Assembly (NCBI GenBank): GCA_964016885.1
Contig: OZ024764.1
Coordinates: 4,712,001 to 4,776,000, forward strand
DNA from: Eledone cirrhosa
Lineage: Eukaryota
Direction of reading: 5' to 3'
DNA length: 64,000 nucleotides
Made by a program: the position numbers and the translations under genes. Below are positions 50,721 to 64,000 of the stretch, in pieces. The notes under the pieces were generated by a model. That model was not told where the DNA came from. It saw only the letters and a program-made list of their open reading frames with translations, and ran no database searches. Every line of letters starts with the position of its first letter. Position 1 is the stretch's first letter.

Positions 50721-51496
50721 TACTGGTGCCATGATAAAGTTCCACCTCCGCCTCACACATCATTGCCATGTGAAGTTACCTCCAACCTGGTGTAATCTTC
50801 AAGGTCCTCTGACCTGATTTCTCACAAAGGGACTGGCCGTCCTACCCAGGCTAACATGGAAAATGGACATTAAACGGTGATGATGATGTTGATGTAAAGA
50901 ATAGAAACTAATAAATATTGCAAAGTGTTGTCTCATTGCTAGATTTATCTTAGGTTTTTCTTCCTTGCTTTGAATTTTGTCTCTAACACTCCCCCAGTTT
51001 CAGCTATGATGATTAGATCATCAGTAAACCTGGTGTCATCTTCAAGGACATTCTTTAGTGTGATATTTGATCCCCTAACTTGTCACCACACATGGTTTTT
51101 CAGATAAGACATGGCCCACCAACATGTGTTAAAACTGAATTAGAATGACATCCTTTGAAAAATTGTTGTTTTTAACATGAAATATGAAGTGATACTGTTT
51201 AGAAATATAGTAAAATTGTTCACAGTTGTTTCTCTACATTCTACATGTCTCATGATATTTCTCTGTTATTTCAGAATATCAGATGACATTCACATAGACA
51301 TTTCTAGTTGGATAAATTTACAAAACAGTTTCCAGCCTCTTCAGATATCAACAAAGATCAAAGTTGAAGGAAATACACCAGAAGGAATATTTGCTTGTGA
51401 TATAATTTTAAATTGTAAAGAAGAAAAATAACCACATATTGTGGTGAGAGGAGAATAGTTTGTGAGAAAGTTGACAGATATATTTTACTTGAAGAA

Positions 51497-53035
51497 ATGC
51501 CAAAAGAGGCTGGAAAATCATCATACCACTGTGATATCTGTGGTAAATTATTCTCCCAAAATATCAAATTAACTATTCACAAACGTATTCATACAGGAGA
51601 GAAAGCAAATGACTGTGATATCTGTGGTAAATCACTCTCTGGAAGTAATGACTTAAGTAAACACAAACTTTTGCATACAGGAGAGAAAGCATATGACTGT
51701 GATATCTGTGGTAAATCATTCTCTGAAGCTGCCCACTTAACTAAACACAAACATATCCATAGAGGAAAGAAGTCATATTGTGAAATCTGTGGTAAATCTT
51801 TCAAGCAAAAAGGAAACCTCACTTCTCACATACGTATTCACACAGGAGAGAAGCCATACCACTGTGATATCTGTGGTAAATCATTCTCCCAAAATATCAA
51901 ATTAATTAGTCACACACGTATTCATACAGGAGAGAAGCCATATCATTGTGATATCTGTGATAAATCTTTCAATCACAAAGGTAATTTGACTATTCACAAA
52001 CGTATTCACACAGGAGAAAAGCCATATCACTGCAATATCTGTGATAAATCATTCTCTGGAAGTAGTGACTTAAGTAAACACAAACGTGTTCATACAGGAG
52101 AGAAGCCATATCACTGTGATATCTGTGGTAAATCATTCTCTGAAAGTGGTGACCTAACTAGTCACAAACGTGTTCATACAGGAGAGAAGCCATATCATTG
52201 TGATATCTGTGAGAAATCATTCTCTAAAAGCAGTGACTTGACTAGACACAAACGTGTTCATACAGGAGAGAAGCCATATCACTGTGACGTCTGTGGTAAA
52301 TCATTTCGTGAAAGTGGTAACTTAAGTCAACACAAACGTTTTCATACAGGAGAGAAGCCATATCAATGCAATATCTGTGGTAAATCATGCTCTAGAAGTA
52401 GTGACTTAAGTAAACACATACGTTTGCATACAGGAGAGAAGCCATATCATTGTGAAATCTGTGGTAAATCATTTTGTGAAAGTGGTAACTTAAGTCAACA
52501 CAAACGTGTTCATACAGGAGAGAAGCCATACCACTGCGATATCTGTGGTAAATCATTCTCTGGAAGTAGTGACTTAAGTAAACACAAACGTGTTCATACA
52601 GGAGGGAAGCCATGTCACTGTGATATTTGTGGTAAATCATTCTCTAAAAGTGGCGACTTAACTAGACACAAACGTGTTCATAATGGAGAGAAGCCATATC
52701 ACTGTGACGCCTGTGGTAAATCATTTTGTGGAAGTGGTGACTTTACTAAACACAAACTTGTTCATACAGGAAAGAGGCCATATCACTGCGATATCTGTGA
52801 GAAATCATTCTCTAAAAGTGGCGACTTAACTAGACACAAGCGTGTGCATACAGGAGAGAAGCCTTATTCCTGTGATATATGTGATAAATCTTTCAATCAC
52901 AAAGGTAATTTGACTATTCACAGATATATTCATACAGGAGAGAAGCCATATCACTGTGATATCTGTGGTAAAACATTCTCTCAAAATAGTCAATTAGCTG
53001 TTCACAAACGTATTCACACAGGAGAAGAAACATAG
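51497..53035 (+). CDS. Tandem C2H2 zinc-finger protein, 18 fingers, no effector domain visible
   Basis: 18 CxxC-x12-HxxxH units with TGEKPY linkers. A likely splice acceptor tttctctgttatttcAG lies at 51274. Confidence 0.93.
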   Translation: MPKEAGKSSYHCDICGKLFSQNIKLTIHKRIHTGEKANDCDICGKSLSGSNDLSKHKLLHTGEKAYDCDICGKSFSEAAHLTKHKHIHRGKKSYCEICGKSFKQKGNLTSHIRIHTGEKPYHCDICGKSFSQNIKLISHTRIHTGEKPYHCDICDKSFNHKGNLTIHKRIHTGEKPYHCNICDKSFSGSSDLSKHKRVHTGEKPYHCDICGKSFSESGDLTSHKRVHTGEKPYHCDICEKSFSKSSDLTRHKRVHTGEKPYHCDVCGKSFRESGNLSQHKRFHTGEKPYQCNICGKSCSRSSDLSKHIRLHTGEKPYHCEICGKSFCESGNLSQHKRVHTGEKPYHCDICGKSFSGSSDLSKHKRVHTGGKPCHCDICGKSFSKSGDLTRHKRVHNGEKPYHCDACGKSFCGSGDFTKHKLVHTGKRPYHCDICEKSFSKSGDLTRHKRVHTGEKPYSCDICDKSFNHKGNLTIHRYIHTGEKPYHCDICGKTFSQNSQLAVHKRIHTGEET

Positions 53036-53278
<243 letters not shown>

Positions 53279-53399
53279 ACTGAAACAGAGTTAAAATTTG
53301 TGGTATCATATCATCATCCATTTACATTCACCTTTCCCTGCTTGCTTGGGCTGGACTGTTCTTTTCCAGCCCATGCAGTCATATTTATTCTGATTAACT

Positions 53400-53700
53400 A
53401 CACTTCTTGAGGGCTGCCTTGCCTGTAGCTTACAGAGCCCATGTCTACCCTGTGCAGTCTTATTTATTTGGAGTAAGTGCCCTCCTAGAGGGGCTGCTTT
53501 CACTGTGGCTTATTGAACGACTGCCCTTCTAGAGTGGCTGCTTTTTTAGATGGGCTTCCATCCTTGTGGCTTATGAAGTGACTGCCCTCTTAGAGATGGC
53601 TGCCTTCCCTGAGGCTTACAGAGTAATATCCCTCCTAGAGGGGCTGCCTTGCCTGTGGCTTATGAAGTGACTGCCCTTATAGAAGGCTTGCTCTTCTGAA
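53400..53700. repeat. Degenerate ~45-60 bp tandem repeat
   Basis: Recurring tgtggctta...tgccct..tagaggggctgc. Confidence 0.6.
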
Positions 53701-53954
53701 GAAGTAGTGTAGAATATTGGATTATATAATGTAGATTCCTTAGGCTGATAAGACATATTGAAAGATGTGTAAGACTTTCCAGTATTCAATAAATGGAACT
53801 TTCAATATTAGCAAATGTGCTGTCTTTCTCTATTCACTTATATATATATATATATATATATTATATTTTCACGGTAAAGTCTTTACCTCACATAATATTG
53901 AATCTATAAGATTTTGATATTATTTATTTTGAGAACATTACTTTAACATCAGTA

Positions 53955-55760
53955 TGAGAGACCACAGGTCTGATACTACAGACATGTGGTTAGAATGTCT
54001 CAGGAAAGAATCTCTGAGTTGTGAGATCACAGCTCTGATACTACAGACATGTGGTTAGAATGTCTCAGGAAAGAATCTCTGAATTGTGAGATCACAGCTC
54101 TGATACTACAGACATGTGGTTAGAATGTCTCAGGAAAGAATCTCTGAATTGAGAGATCACAGTTCTGATACTACAGATTTGTGGTTAGAATGTCTAAGGA
54201 AAGAATCTCTGAATTGAGAGACCACAGCTCTGATACTACAGACATGTGGTTAGAATGTCTGAGGAAAGAATCTCTGAATTGAGAGATCACAGCTCTGATA
54301 CTACAGACATGTGGTTAGAATGTCTGAGGAAAGAATCTCTGAGTTGTGAGATCACAGCTCTGATACTACAGACATGTGGTTAGAATGTCTGAGGAAAGAA
54401 TCTCTGAATTGAGAGATCACAGCTCTGATACTACAGACATGTGGTTAGAATGTCTGAGGAAAGAATCTCTGAATTGAGAGATCACAGCTCTGATACTGCA
54501 GACATGTGGTTAGAATGTCTGAGGAAAGAATCTCTGAGTTGTGAGATCACAGCTCTGATACTACAGACATGTGGTTAGAATGTCTGAGGAAAGAATCTCT
54601 GAGTTGTGAGATCACAGCTCTGATACTACAGACATGTGGTTAGAATGTCTGAGGAAAGAATCTCTGAATTGAGAGATCACAGCTCTGATACTACAGACAT
54701 GTGGTTAGAATGTCTGAGGAAAGAATCTCTGAATTGAGAGATCACAGCTCTGATACTGCAGACATGTGGTTAGAATGTCTGAGGAAAGAATCTCTGAATT
54801 GAGAGATCACAGCTCTGATACTACAGACATGTGGTTAGAATGTCTCCGGAACGAATCTCTGAATTGAGAGATCACAGCTCTGATACTACAGACATGTGGT
54901 TAGAATGTCTGAGGAAAGAATCTCTGAATTGAGAGATCACAGCTCTGATATTACAGACATGTGGTTAGAATGTCTGAAGAAAGAATCTCTGAATTGAGAG
55001 ATCACAATTCTGATACTACAGACATGTGGTTAGAATGTCTCAGGAAAGAATCTCTGGATTGAGAGATCACAGCTCTGATACTGCAGACATGTGGTTAGAA
55101 TGTCTGAGGAAAGAATCTCTGAATTGAGAGATCACAGCTCTGATACTGCAGACATGTGGTTAGAATGTCTCAGGAAAGAATCTCTGGATTGAGAGATCAC
55201 AGCTCTGATACTACAGACATGTGGTTAGAATGTCTCAGGAAAGAATCTCTGAATTGAGAGATCACAGCTCTGATACTACAGACATGTGGTTAGAATGTCT
55301 GAGGAAAGAATCTCTGAATTGAGAGATCACAGCTCTGATACTGCAGACATGTGGTTAGAATGTCTCAGGAAAGAATCTCTGGATTGAGAGATCACAGCTC
55401 TGATACTACAGACATGTGGTTAGAATGTCTCAGGAAAGAATCTGAATTGAGAGATCACAGCTCTGATACTGCAGACATGTGGTTAGAATGTCTGAGGAAA
55501 GAATCTCTGAATTGAGAGACCACAGCTCTGATACTACAGACATGTGGTTAGAATGTCTCAGGAAAGAATCTGGACAGATTTTGGGGGCAAAACAAACTAG
55601 CAAGAGAGCTATGAGCAAGATAGTTGGAGAACATCTGTGAGCTTGGCTGGTCTCTTTTGGAACTCCAGTGAGATCTTTTGAAGACGGTTTCTGACAGGAC
55701 CCACTAGAAGAAGTGTTTGAGGGCTCTATCCGCACAACCCTCTCAGGAATAATTGGACAA
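53955..55760 (+). repeat. 65-bp satellite C (about 25 copies to 55571) plus RTE-like 3' flank
   Basis: Same unit as at 39728 and 48861, preceded by a MITE fragment at 53861-53960. Confidence 0.95.
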
Positions 55761-55809
55761 AGGAGAACATCTAAGATTTGTGCTGACACTTTGTAGATTA
55801 AATGGTAAT

Positions 55810-55952
55810 AATTGTTTCTACTTTAGGCACAAGGCCAGCAAAAACCCAGTGTATTACTGGTACTTTATTTTATCGACCCCGTAAGGATGAAAGGCAAAGT
55901 CAACCTCGGCGCGATTTGAACTCAGAATGGCAAGGGCTGTAACTCTATGCGT
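55810..55952 (-). mobile_element. Nin-type SINE fragment
   Basis: Matches 22668-22890. A further degenerate copy lies at 48470-48620. Confidence 0.75.
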
Positions 55953-55982
55953 CATGGTAATAATAGTGGTTATCAAGTGAAG

Positions 55983-56691
55983 ATGTGGTGTAACTAGTTG
56001 GTAGATGGTAGTGAAGGCAAGTAAACATGTGGTGTAACTAGATGGTAGATGGTAGTGAAGGCAAGTAAACGTGGTGTAACTAGATGGAAGTGAAGGCAAG
56101 TAAACATGTGGTGTAACTAGTTGGTAGTGAAGGCAAGTAAACATGTGGTGTAACTAGTTGGTAGTGAAGGCAAGTAAATGTGTAACTAGATGGTAGTGAA
56201 GGTAAGTAAACATGTGGTGTAACTAGATGGTAGTGAAGTCAAGTAAATGTGGTGTAACTACTTGGTAGTGAAGGCAAGTAAACATGTGTAACTAGATGGT
56301 AGTGAAGGCAAGTAAACATGTGGTGTAACTAGTTGGTAGTGAAGGCAAGTAAATGTAGTGTAACTAGTTGGTAGTGAAGGCAAGTAAACGTGGTGTAACT
56401 AGATGGTAGTGAAGGCAAGTAAACATGTGGTGTAACTAGATGGTAGTGAAGGCAAGTAAATGTGGTGTAACTAGTTGGTAGATGGCAGTGAAGGCAAGTA
56501 AACATGTGGTGTAACTAGTTGGTAGATGGCAGTGAAGGCAAGTAAACGTGGTGTAACTAGTTGGTTGAAGGCAAGTAAACATGTATAACTAGATGGTAGT
56601 GAAGGCAAGTAAATGTGGTGTAACTAGATGGTAGATGGTGGTGAAGGTAAGTAAACGTGGTGTAACTAGATGGTAGTGAAGGTTAGTAAAC
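55983..56691. repeat. ~33-43 bp minisatellite
   Basis: gtggtgtaactagatggtagtgaaggcaagtaaacat, about 19 variable copies. Confidence 0.9.
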
Positions 56692-56859
56692 GCTGGGGCA
56701 CTGCCTTTTACTGGTTTCAGTGGTTAGATTGTGGCCATGCTGGGGCACTCCCTTTTACTGGTTTCAATGGTTACACTGGCCATGCTGGGGCACTGCCTTT
56801 CACTGATTTCAGTTGTTTTGCTGGGGCACTGCGTTTTACTGGTTTCATTGCTAATTATG

Positions 56860-57625
56860 TTGCCTAGATAGCAGAAGCTATCAACCACTTCTATTGGTCC
56901 TTTCTGTGACTGGAATAGGCTTACATTACTGGTTATCTTCCCCTCGGTTACCCCTGTGGATCTTCTACAAACAAAGTCTTACCCTCCTGACAGCTCTTGT
57001 ATACATTGTATGGAAGTTTTGCCTACTTCCTTTCTACACATTGAGCAAGGCCACTTCCCTGAAGGAATTAGGGTCCTATCTTCTCTACTTACTAGTACTT
57101 TAGTTTTGGCTAGGTTTACTCTTTGGCCTTTTGATTCTAAATTCTGTTTCTATAGTCGGAACTTATTTGCTAGATCTTTAATGGATTCAGCTCTAAGGAC
57201 CAGATCATCTACATAGAGAAGTTCCCATGGGCAGCCAGTCTTAAACTCCTCTGTTATAGCTTGAAGGACTATAATGAATAGTAGTCAGCTAAGAACTGAA
57301 CCTTGATGAACTCCTACTTGTACCTTGAATTTGTCACTAAACTCATTTCCTACTCTCACTTTACTGACAGCTCCTCTGTACAGGACTTGCACTGTCCTCA
57401 CAAGCCCCATTTTTCTACACCTAATTTCCTTAAGGACCACCAGATAATAGATCAGGGTACTTTGTCAAATGCTTCTTCTAGGTCAACAAAAGCTAGGTAT
57501 AGTGGCTTATTTTTGGCTAAGAACCTCTCTTGTAGTTTGCCTCACTAGAAAGAGGGCATCTGTAGTACTTTTCCCAGGTATGAAACCTAACTGCATCTCG
57601 TCTATTTTGACTCTTTTTCTAATTG
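56860..57625 (-). mobile_element. Decayed RTE RT fragment
   Basis: KIDEMQLGFIPGKSTTDALFLVRQ, FVDLEEAFD and GCPWELLYVDDLVL. Confidence 0.85.
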
Positions 57626-57842
57626 ATAAAGATCCCTTTTGGTCACAAATGACCATGGGATTTGCACCTAGAAAGTTATTTAAGATACAAGCCTGGGCAA
57701 GGTTGTTTGTGGAAGACCAGCAGTTGTCCAAGCACACCAGTCTCCCACCGATGTCCAAGGGAAAGGCCAATACAGCTGTGACGTAGGGAAAGGCAATGAC
57801 CGATACAGCTTGGTGCCAGTGGAGTTGCAACTCCTTTCTACA

Positions 57843-59491
57843 GCTGAGTAACTGGTGCTATGTTCTCAGTGCAACCTTCTCCACTGCTAACTAGATCACT
57901 GAGGTAGCAGGCTGAGTAACTGGTGCTATGTTCTCAGTGCAACCTTCTCCACTGCTAACTAGATCACTGAGGTAGCAGGCTGAGTAACTGGTGCTATGTT
58001 CTCAGTGCAACCTTCTCCACTGCTAACTAGATCACTGAGGTAGCAGGCTGAGTAACTGGTGCTATGTTCTCAGTGCAACCTTCTCCACTGCTAACTAGAT
58101 CACCGAGGTAGCAGGCTGAGTAAGTGGTGCTATGTTCTCAGTGCAACCTTCTCCACTGCTAACTAGATCACTGAGGTAGCAGGCTGAGTAACTGGTGCTA
58201 TGTTCTCAGTGCAACCTTCTCCACTGCTAACTAGATCACTGAGGTAGCAGGCTGAGTAACTGGTGCTATGTTCTCAGTGCAACCTTCTCCACTGCTAACT
58301 AGATCACTGAGGTAGCAGGCTGAGTAACTGGTGCTATGTTCTCAGTGCAACCTTCTCCACTGCTAACTAGATCACTGAGGTAGCAGGCTGAGTAAGTGGT
58401 GCTATGTTCTCAGTGCAACCTTCTCCACTGCTAACTAGATCACTGAGGTAGCAGGCTGAGTAAGTGGTGCTATGTTCTCAGTGCAACCTTCTCCACTGCT
58501 AACTAGATCACCGAGGTAGCAGGCTGAGTAAGTGGTGCTATGTTCTCAGTGCAACCTTCTCCACTGCTAACTAGATCACCGAGGTAGCAGGCTGAGTAAG
58601 TGGTGCTATGTTCTCAGTGCAACCTTCTCCACTGCTAACTAGATCACCGAGGTAGCAGGCTGAGTAAGTGGTGCTATGTTCTCAGTGCAACCTTCTCCAC
58701 TGCTAACTAGATCACCGAGGTAGCAGGCTGAGTAACTGGTGCTATGTTCTCAGTGCAACCTTCTCCACTGCTAACTCGATCACCGAGGTAGCAGGCTGAG
58801 TAACTGGTGCTATGTTCTCAGTGCAACCTTCTCCACTGCTAACTAGATCACTGAGATAGCAGGCTGAGTAAGTGGTGCTATGTTCTCAGTGCAACCTTCT
58901 CCACTGCTAACTAGATCACTGAGATAGCAGGCTGAGTAACTGGTGCTATGTTCTCAGTGCAACCTTCTCCACTGCTAACTCGATCACCGAGGTAGCAGGC
59001 TGAGTAACTGGTGCTATGTTCTCAGTGCAACCTTCTCCACTGCTAACTAGATCACTGAGATAGCAGGCTGAGTAAGTGGTGCTATGTTCTCAGTGCAACC
59101 TTCTCCACTGCTAACTAGATCACTGAGGTAGCAGGCTGAGTAAGTGGTGCTATGTTCTCAGTGCAACCTTCTCCACTGCTAACTAGATCACTGAGGTAGC
59201 AGGCTGAGTAAGTGGTGCTATGTTCTCAGTGCAACCTTCTCCACTGCTAACTAGATCACTGAGGTAGCAGGCTGAGTAACTGGTGCTATGTTCTCAGTGC
59301 AACCTTCTCCACTGCTAACTCGATCACCGAGGTAGCAGGCTGAGTAACTGGTGCTATGTTCTCAGTGCAACCTTCTCCACTGCTAACTAGATCACTGAGA
59401 TAGCAGGCTGAGTAACTGGTGCTATGTTCTCAGTGCAACCTTCTCCACTGCTAACTAGATCACCGAGGTAGCAGGATTTATCAACTACTTC
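57843..59491. repeat. 68-bp satellite D, about 24 copies, RTE-derived
   Basis: Unit gctgagtaactggtgctatgttctcagtgcaaccttctccactgctaactagatcactgaggtagcag. The minus strand reads EVVDKSCYLGDLVSSGEGCTENI. Confidence 0.95.
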
Positions 59492-59779
59492 TATATACAT
59501 ACTTATAAATGTTTCTTTTGTCATTTCAGCCTGTCACTAGGGAATTGTTTGAAGAAGCCCTGAAAGACCTCCAAGATGAAGACTTCCTGATTGTCACAAA
59601 TCGTCTCATACGACTTTGCCAGTAAAACACACACACAGCCGGGGGCCACGTACCCTACATTATATACCTACCACCAACACTGGGTGTTGTTAACATTCCA
59701 GTAATTTCTTGGCATCATTCGCAATGATTTACCTAGTTTCCCCTATTATAAGACAGGGTTAAAAAAAAATTGAAATTTA

Positions 59780-61135
59780 AAATGTGGGCAGTAGTATTTG
59801 TCCCCTATCATTAAAACACTTAAGATACAATCTCATTAGGGGTCCAGCTAAAATCACATATATATGGGATGTACACCAGAGGCTTCTGTCATTAAAATAC
59901 TTAAAATAGAACCTCGTTAGGGTTCAGCTAAACTTATATAGGTGTTTGGCTATAAACCTGTAGCCCCTATCATTAAAACATTGGAGATATGTCCTCGTTA
60001 GGGAGCCAGTTAAGCCTATATAGGTGTAGGCTGTGCGACAGGTCCCTATCATCAAAACCATTGATACAATCTCATTAGGGGTCCAGCTAAACTTATATAG
60101 GTGAGGGCAGTAGTAATTGGCCCCTATCATTAAAACACAATCTCGTTAGGGGTCCAGCTAAAATTACATATATGTGGGCTTTACACCAGGGGCTTCTGTC
60201 ATTAAAATAGAACCTTGTTAGGGTTCAGCTAAACTTATATAGGTGTGGACTGTAGTATAAGGTCCCTATCATTAAAACACTTGATACAACCTCAGAGGTC
60301 CAGCTAAACTTAGAGAGGTGGGGGTAGTGGTATTTGGCCCCTATCATTAACCCTTTAGTGTTCAAACGGGCCGTAACCCGTCAGAATTCTCTCGCCTCTT
60401 TCTGTGCAAACCGGTCATTCATACTGATGTTAAGGTATTGTTTTCAAAATAAATAATTGTTTCTACTTTAGGCACAAGGCCAGCAATTACCCAGTGAATT
60501 ACTGGTACTTTATTTTATCGACCCCGTAAGGATGAAAGGCAAAGTCAACCTCGGCGGGATTTGAACTCAGATCGTAAAGGGACGTAACTATGCTGGAAAG
60601 CATGGCGTCCGGCCCTCCACCGATACTGCCAATCCACCGCCCTAATTCCCGTTCTCAAAATAAATAATTGTTTCTACTTTTGGCACAAGGCCATCAATTA
60701 CCCAGTACATTACTGGTACTTTATTTTATCGACCCCGTAAGGATGAAAGGCAAAGTTAACCTCGGCGGGATTTGAACTCAGACTAAATAATACCAAAATT
60801 TCATAGATTATACAATCGTAAATATAGAGTAATGTAAATACTAAAGAGTTAAAACACTTGATACAATTTCGTTAGGGGGCCAGCTAAACTTAGATAGGTG
60901 AGGGCAGTGGTATTTGGCTGCTGTCATTAAAACACTTAGATACAATCTTGTTAGGGGTCCAGCTAAACGTAGATAGGTGTGGGATGTACAAACTAAGGCT
61001 TTTATTAAAACCCACAAGGCACCAGATAACTCATACATTATATATACACACTATATATATGATGCACAATAACAGATTAGAGGGTGAACGAAGCAGTTTT
61101 AGGGTGTATACGTACCATAGGGTCTCCAGCTAAAT
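59780..61135. repeat. Old degenerate ~65-70 bp tandem repeat (ttaggggtccagctaaac core)
   Basis: About 12 diverged units, interrupted by the MITE at 60347. Confidence 0.7.
60347..60852 (-). mobile_element. Unexpanded piggyBac-like MITE interrupted by two Nin-type SINEs (60455-60642, 60665-60783)
   Basis: ttaaccctttagtgttcaaac...tatagagtaatgtaaatactaaagagttaa is the inverted homolog of the ends of 7523-8745. Confidence 0.7.
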
Positions 61136-63860
61136 CCTGGTCCATGCCAGGTTAGAGGGCTAAAGTAATGGATCTTCTACAGCCAGGTCACTAGAAGCAG
61201 TCTTAGGGCATATACTTCACATAACATCCTACGGCCAGCTAAACTCTGGTCAATGCCAGGTTAGAGGGCTAAAGTAATGGATCTTCTACAGCCAGCTAAA
61301 GCCTGGTCACTAGAAGCAGTCTTAGGGCATATACTTCACATAACATCCCACGGCCAGCTAAACTCTGGTCAATGCCAGGTTAGAGGGCAAAAAAATCAGT
61401 TTTAGGGTATATACTCCCCATATGACCTACGGTCAGCTAAACCTTGGTCAATGCCACAGACCAATGAGGGTGCGGTCACACACTAAATGTAAATTATTAC
61501 CTTTATATTGTAGATGTTATTCAACTGAACATTATGCAGAATTAGTGGGAGCCGTAATATACGTTAATCAGTTCCCCATAGCTGGTACAGCCAGCCGTGG
61601 GGGTGCTACTCTATTCCCATAGCTGGTACAGCCAGCTGTTGGGGTGCTACTCTATTCCCATAGCTGGTACAGCCAGCTGTTGGGGTGCTACTCTATTCCC
61701 ATAGCTGGTACAGCCAGCTGTTGGGAGCCCTAATATACGTTAATCAGTTCCCCATAGCTGGTACAGCCAGCTGTTGGGGTGCTACTCTATTCCCATAGCT
61801 GGTACAGCCAGCTGTTGGGGTGCTACTCTATTCCCATAGCTGGTACAGCCAGCTGTTGGGAGCCCTAATATACGTTAATCAGTTCCCCATAGCTGGTACA
61901 GCCAGCTGTTGGGGTGCTACTCTATTCTCATAGCTGGTACAGCCAGCTGTTGGGGTGCTACTCTATTCCCATAGCTGGTACAGCCAGCTGTTGGGGTGCT
62001 ACTCTATTCCCATAGCTGGTACAGCCAGCTGTTGGGGTGCTACTCTATTCCCATAGCTGGTACAGCCAGCTGTTGGGGTGCTACTCTATTCCCATAGCTG
62101 GTACAGCCAGCTGTTGGGAGCCCTAATATACGTTAATCAGTTCCCCATAGCTGGTACAGCCAGCTGTTGGGGTGCTACTCTATTCTCATAGCTGGTACAG
62201 CCAGCTGTTGGGGTGCTACTCTATTCCCATAGCTGGTACAGCCAGCTGTTGGGGTGCTACTCTATTCCCATAGCTGGTACAGCCAGCTGTTGGGGTGCTA
62301 CTCTATTCCCATAGCTGGTACAGCCAGCTGTTGGGGTGCTACTCTATTCCCATAGCTGGTACAGCCAGCTGTTGGGGTGCTACTCTATTCCCATAGCTGG
62401 TACAGCCAGCTGTTGGGGTGCTACTCTATTCCCATAGCTGGTACAGCCAGCTGTTGGGGTGCTACTCTATTCCCATAGCTGGTACAGCCAGCTGTTGGGG
62501 TGCTACTCTATTCCCATAGCTGGTACAGCCAGCTGTTGGGGTGCTACTCTATTCCCATAGCTGGTACAGCCAGCTGTTGGGGTGCTACTCTATATGTTTT
62601 ACTGTCTCTCCATCATGATATTTCAGCAAGCCTTAGAAATATTTGACAGTGCCCATCTCCTCTCCAAGTGTCCCACCCCTCATTAAGTTTAGCATGACAC
62701 CATCTGGGTGTTGTTGAGAACTAGTGTACCTGAACACTAATAAAATATCAGTTTAATTAACCGTTTATGTATTATTCACATATTAATTGTCTTCCACTTA
62801 CTAATGAATGTTATTAATGTGGCTGGACTGATGTCTAGATGGAGGTAAGTAATCTATATTTTAATCTATATTTTAATTATTTGTTGAAAAAATATATATG
62901 TGAACGAAATGAATGGAAGTAATCCGTTTGGAACATTTTTTCACAAGAAAATTGTCAGTGTGTTGATGGTTGATGACAAAGAGTTTTGTTTTCAAATTAT
63001 AAATCAGAAATGTTTTTACTAGTAACTATATATGTTACAAAGTCAAATTATGTAATTGTTTGTCCGTGAAACATATACACTAGATCCGAACACAAAGAAA
63101 CCAAACTCTCACTGTCACCGCCTTTGTCTCTTCTGTAGGATCTCATACAGCCAGCTAAACCTTGGTCAATGCCCAGCTTTAGGGTGTATATGTCCCATAC
63201 AATCTCCTACAGCCAGCTAAACCCTGGTCACCACAAGCTTAAAGGACAAAAGAAGCAGTTTTAGAGCATATACTTCACATAGCATGTCGTACGGCCAAAC
63301 CCTGGTCAATGGCTAGCTAAACCTTTGTCAATACCAAATATTTTCCATGGGTCATCCATGCTATGAGGCAAGTCTTGCAATATATATATGTGTGTGGGAG
63401 TACACTTATAGTTGTCCTTTGAAATTTGCTGATGACAAACTTGTTCATCAATTGTGGATCCTTTGGTGACAGCAGGCGAAATAAGCCATATACTAATACG
63501 CTCTCCCACAGCCAGTTAAACCATGGTCAATGCTTACCTAGCAGGTGAAATGAACAGTTTACGGGCCTAAACTTCTCATAGGATTCTTTACGGCCAGCTA
63601 AACCCTCGACAATGCCAGGTGAGAGGGTGATTGAAACACTTTAAAGACGTATACTTCCCATAGTATCTCCTAAACCATGGTCGGTGCTAGCCAGCTAAAC
63701 CATAGTTGGTGTCTGCTTAGAGGTCGAAAGGAGTAGTTTTAGTGCACAGACTTCCCATAGTATCTCCTACGGCCACTGAAACCCAGGCTAGAGGGCTAAA
63801 GTAATGAATCTCCTACGGCCAGCTAAACCCTGGTCGCTACAACCATAAAGAGCAAAAGAA
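61120..63860. repeat. Dispersed degenerate repeat (tacggccagctaaaccctggtcaatgcc core)
   Basis: Recurs at 61120-61460 and 63140-63860. Confidence 0.6.
61575..62594. repeat. 41-bp hairpin-forming minisatellite, about 23 copies
   Basis: cccatagctggtacagccagctgttggggtgctactctatt, with a longer variant unit interspersed. Confidence 0.92.
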
Positions 63861-64000
63861 GTGCGTCATTAATATAGCTGGACTGCCGTCTATACGGAGG
63901 TGAGTGATTATTCATTGAAAAAAATATATAAACGCAATCTAAGCCGGCACTGTTCCTCTATATCGTATGTCTCTATTTGCTCTTCCTTGCTGTCAGTCAA

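Noticed and set aside
61575-62594. CRISPR-like palindromic repeats
   Set aside because: No unique spacers; it is a plain tandem minisatellite.

Overview
Eukaryotic, repeat-dense genomic DNA, most likely from an octopod cephalopod. This is inferred from the poly-C2H2 zinc-finger gene style, the SINE/RTE families and the microsatellite load. There are two host genes. One is the 5' part of a TRPC-type channel gene on the minus strand (candidate start exon 29404-29457, then exons 17697-17855, 8798-9328 and 5048-5221, all phase 0). The other is an 18-finger C2H2 gene on the plus strand (51497-53035). The rest is mobile and repetitive DNA: an apparently intact Tx1-clade LINE (10095-15720), a decayed CR1-type LINE, many RTE 3' ends, two tRNA-derived SINE families and a piggyBac-like MITE. 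At least eight tandem arrays have units traceable to transposon sequence. The most striking feature is a set of fold-back (palindromic) Penelope-like insertions in (TA)n tracts, from about 60 bp to 3.6 kb. They carry minimal hammerhead ribozyme motifs and share an ACTC...GAGTGCT 3' motif, and the largest encodes a Naiad-type GIY-YIG endonuclease. Most short ORFs in the track are artefacts of microsatellites and satellites. All calls are by eye; repeat boundaries are approximate.
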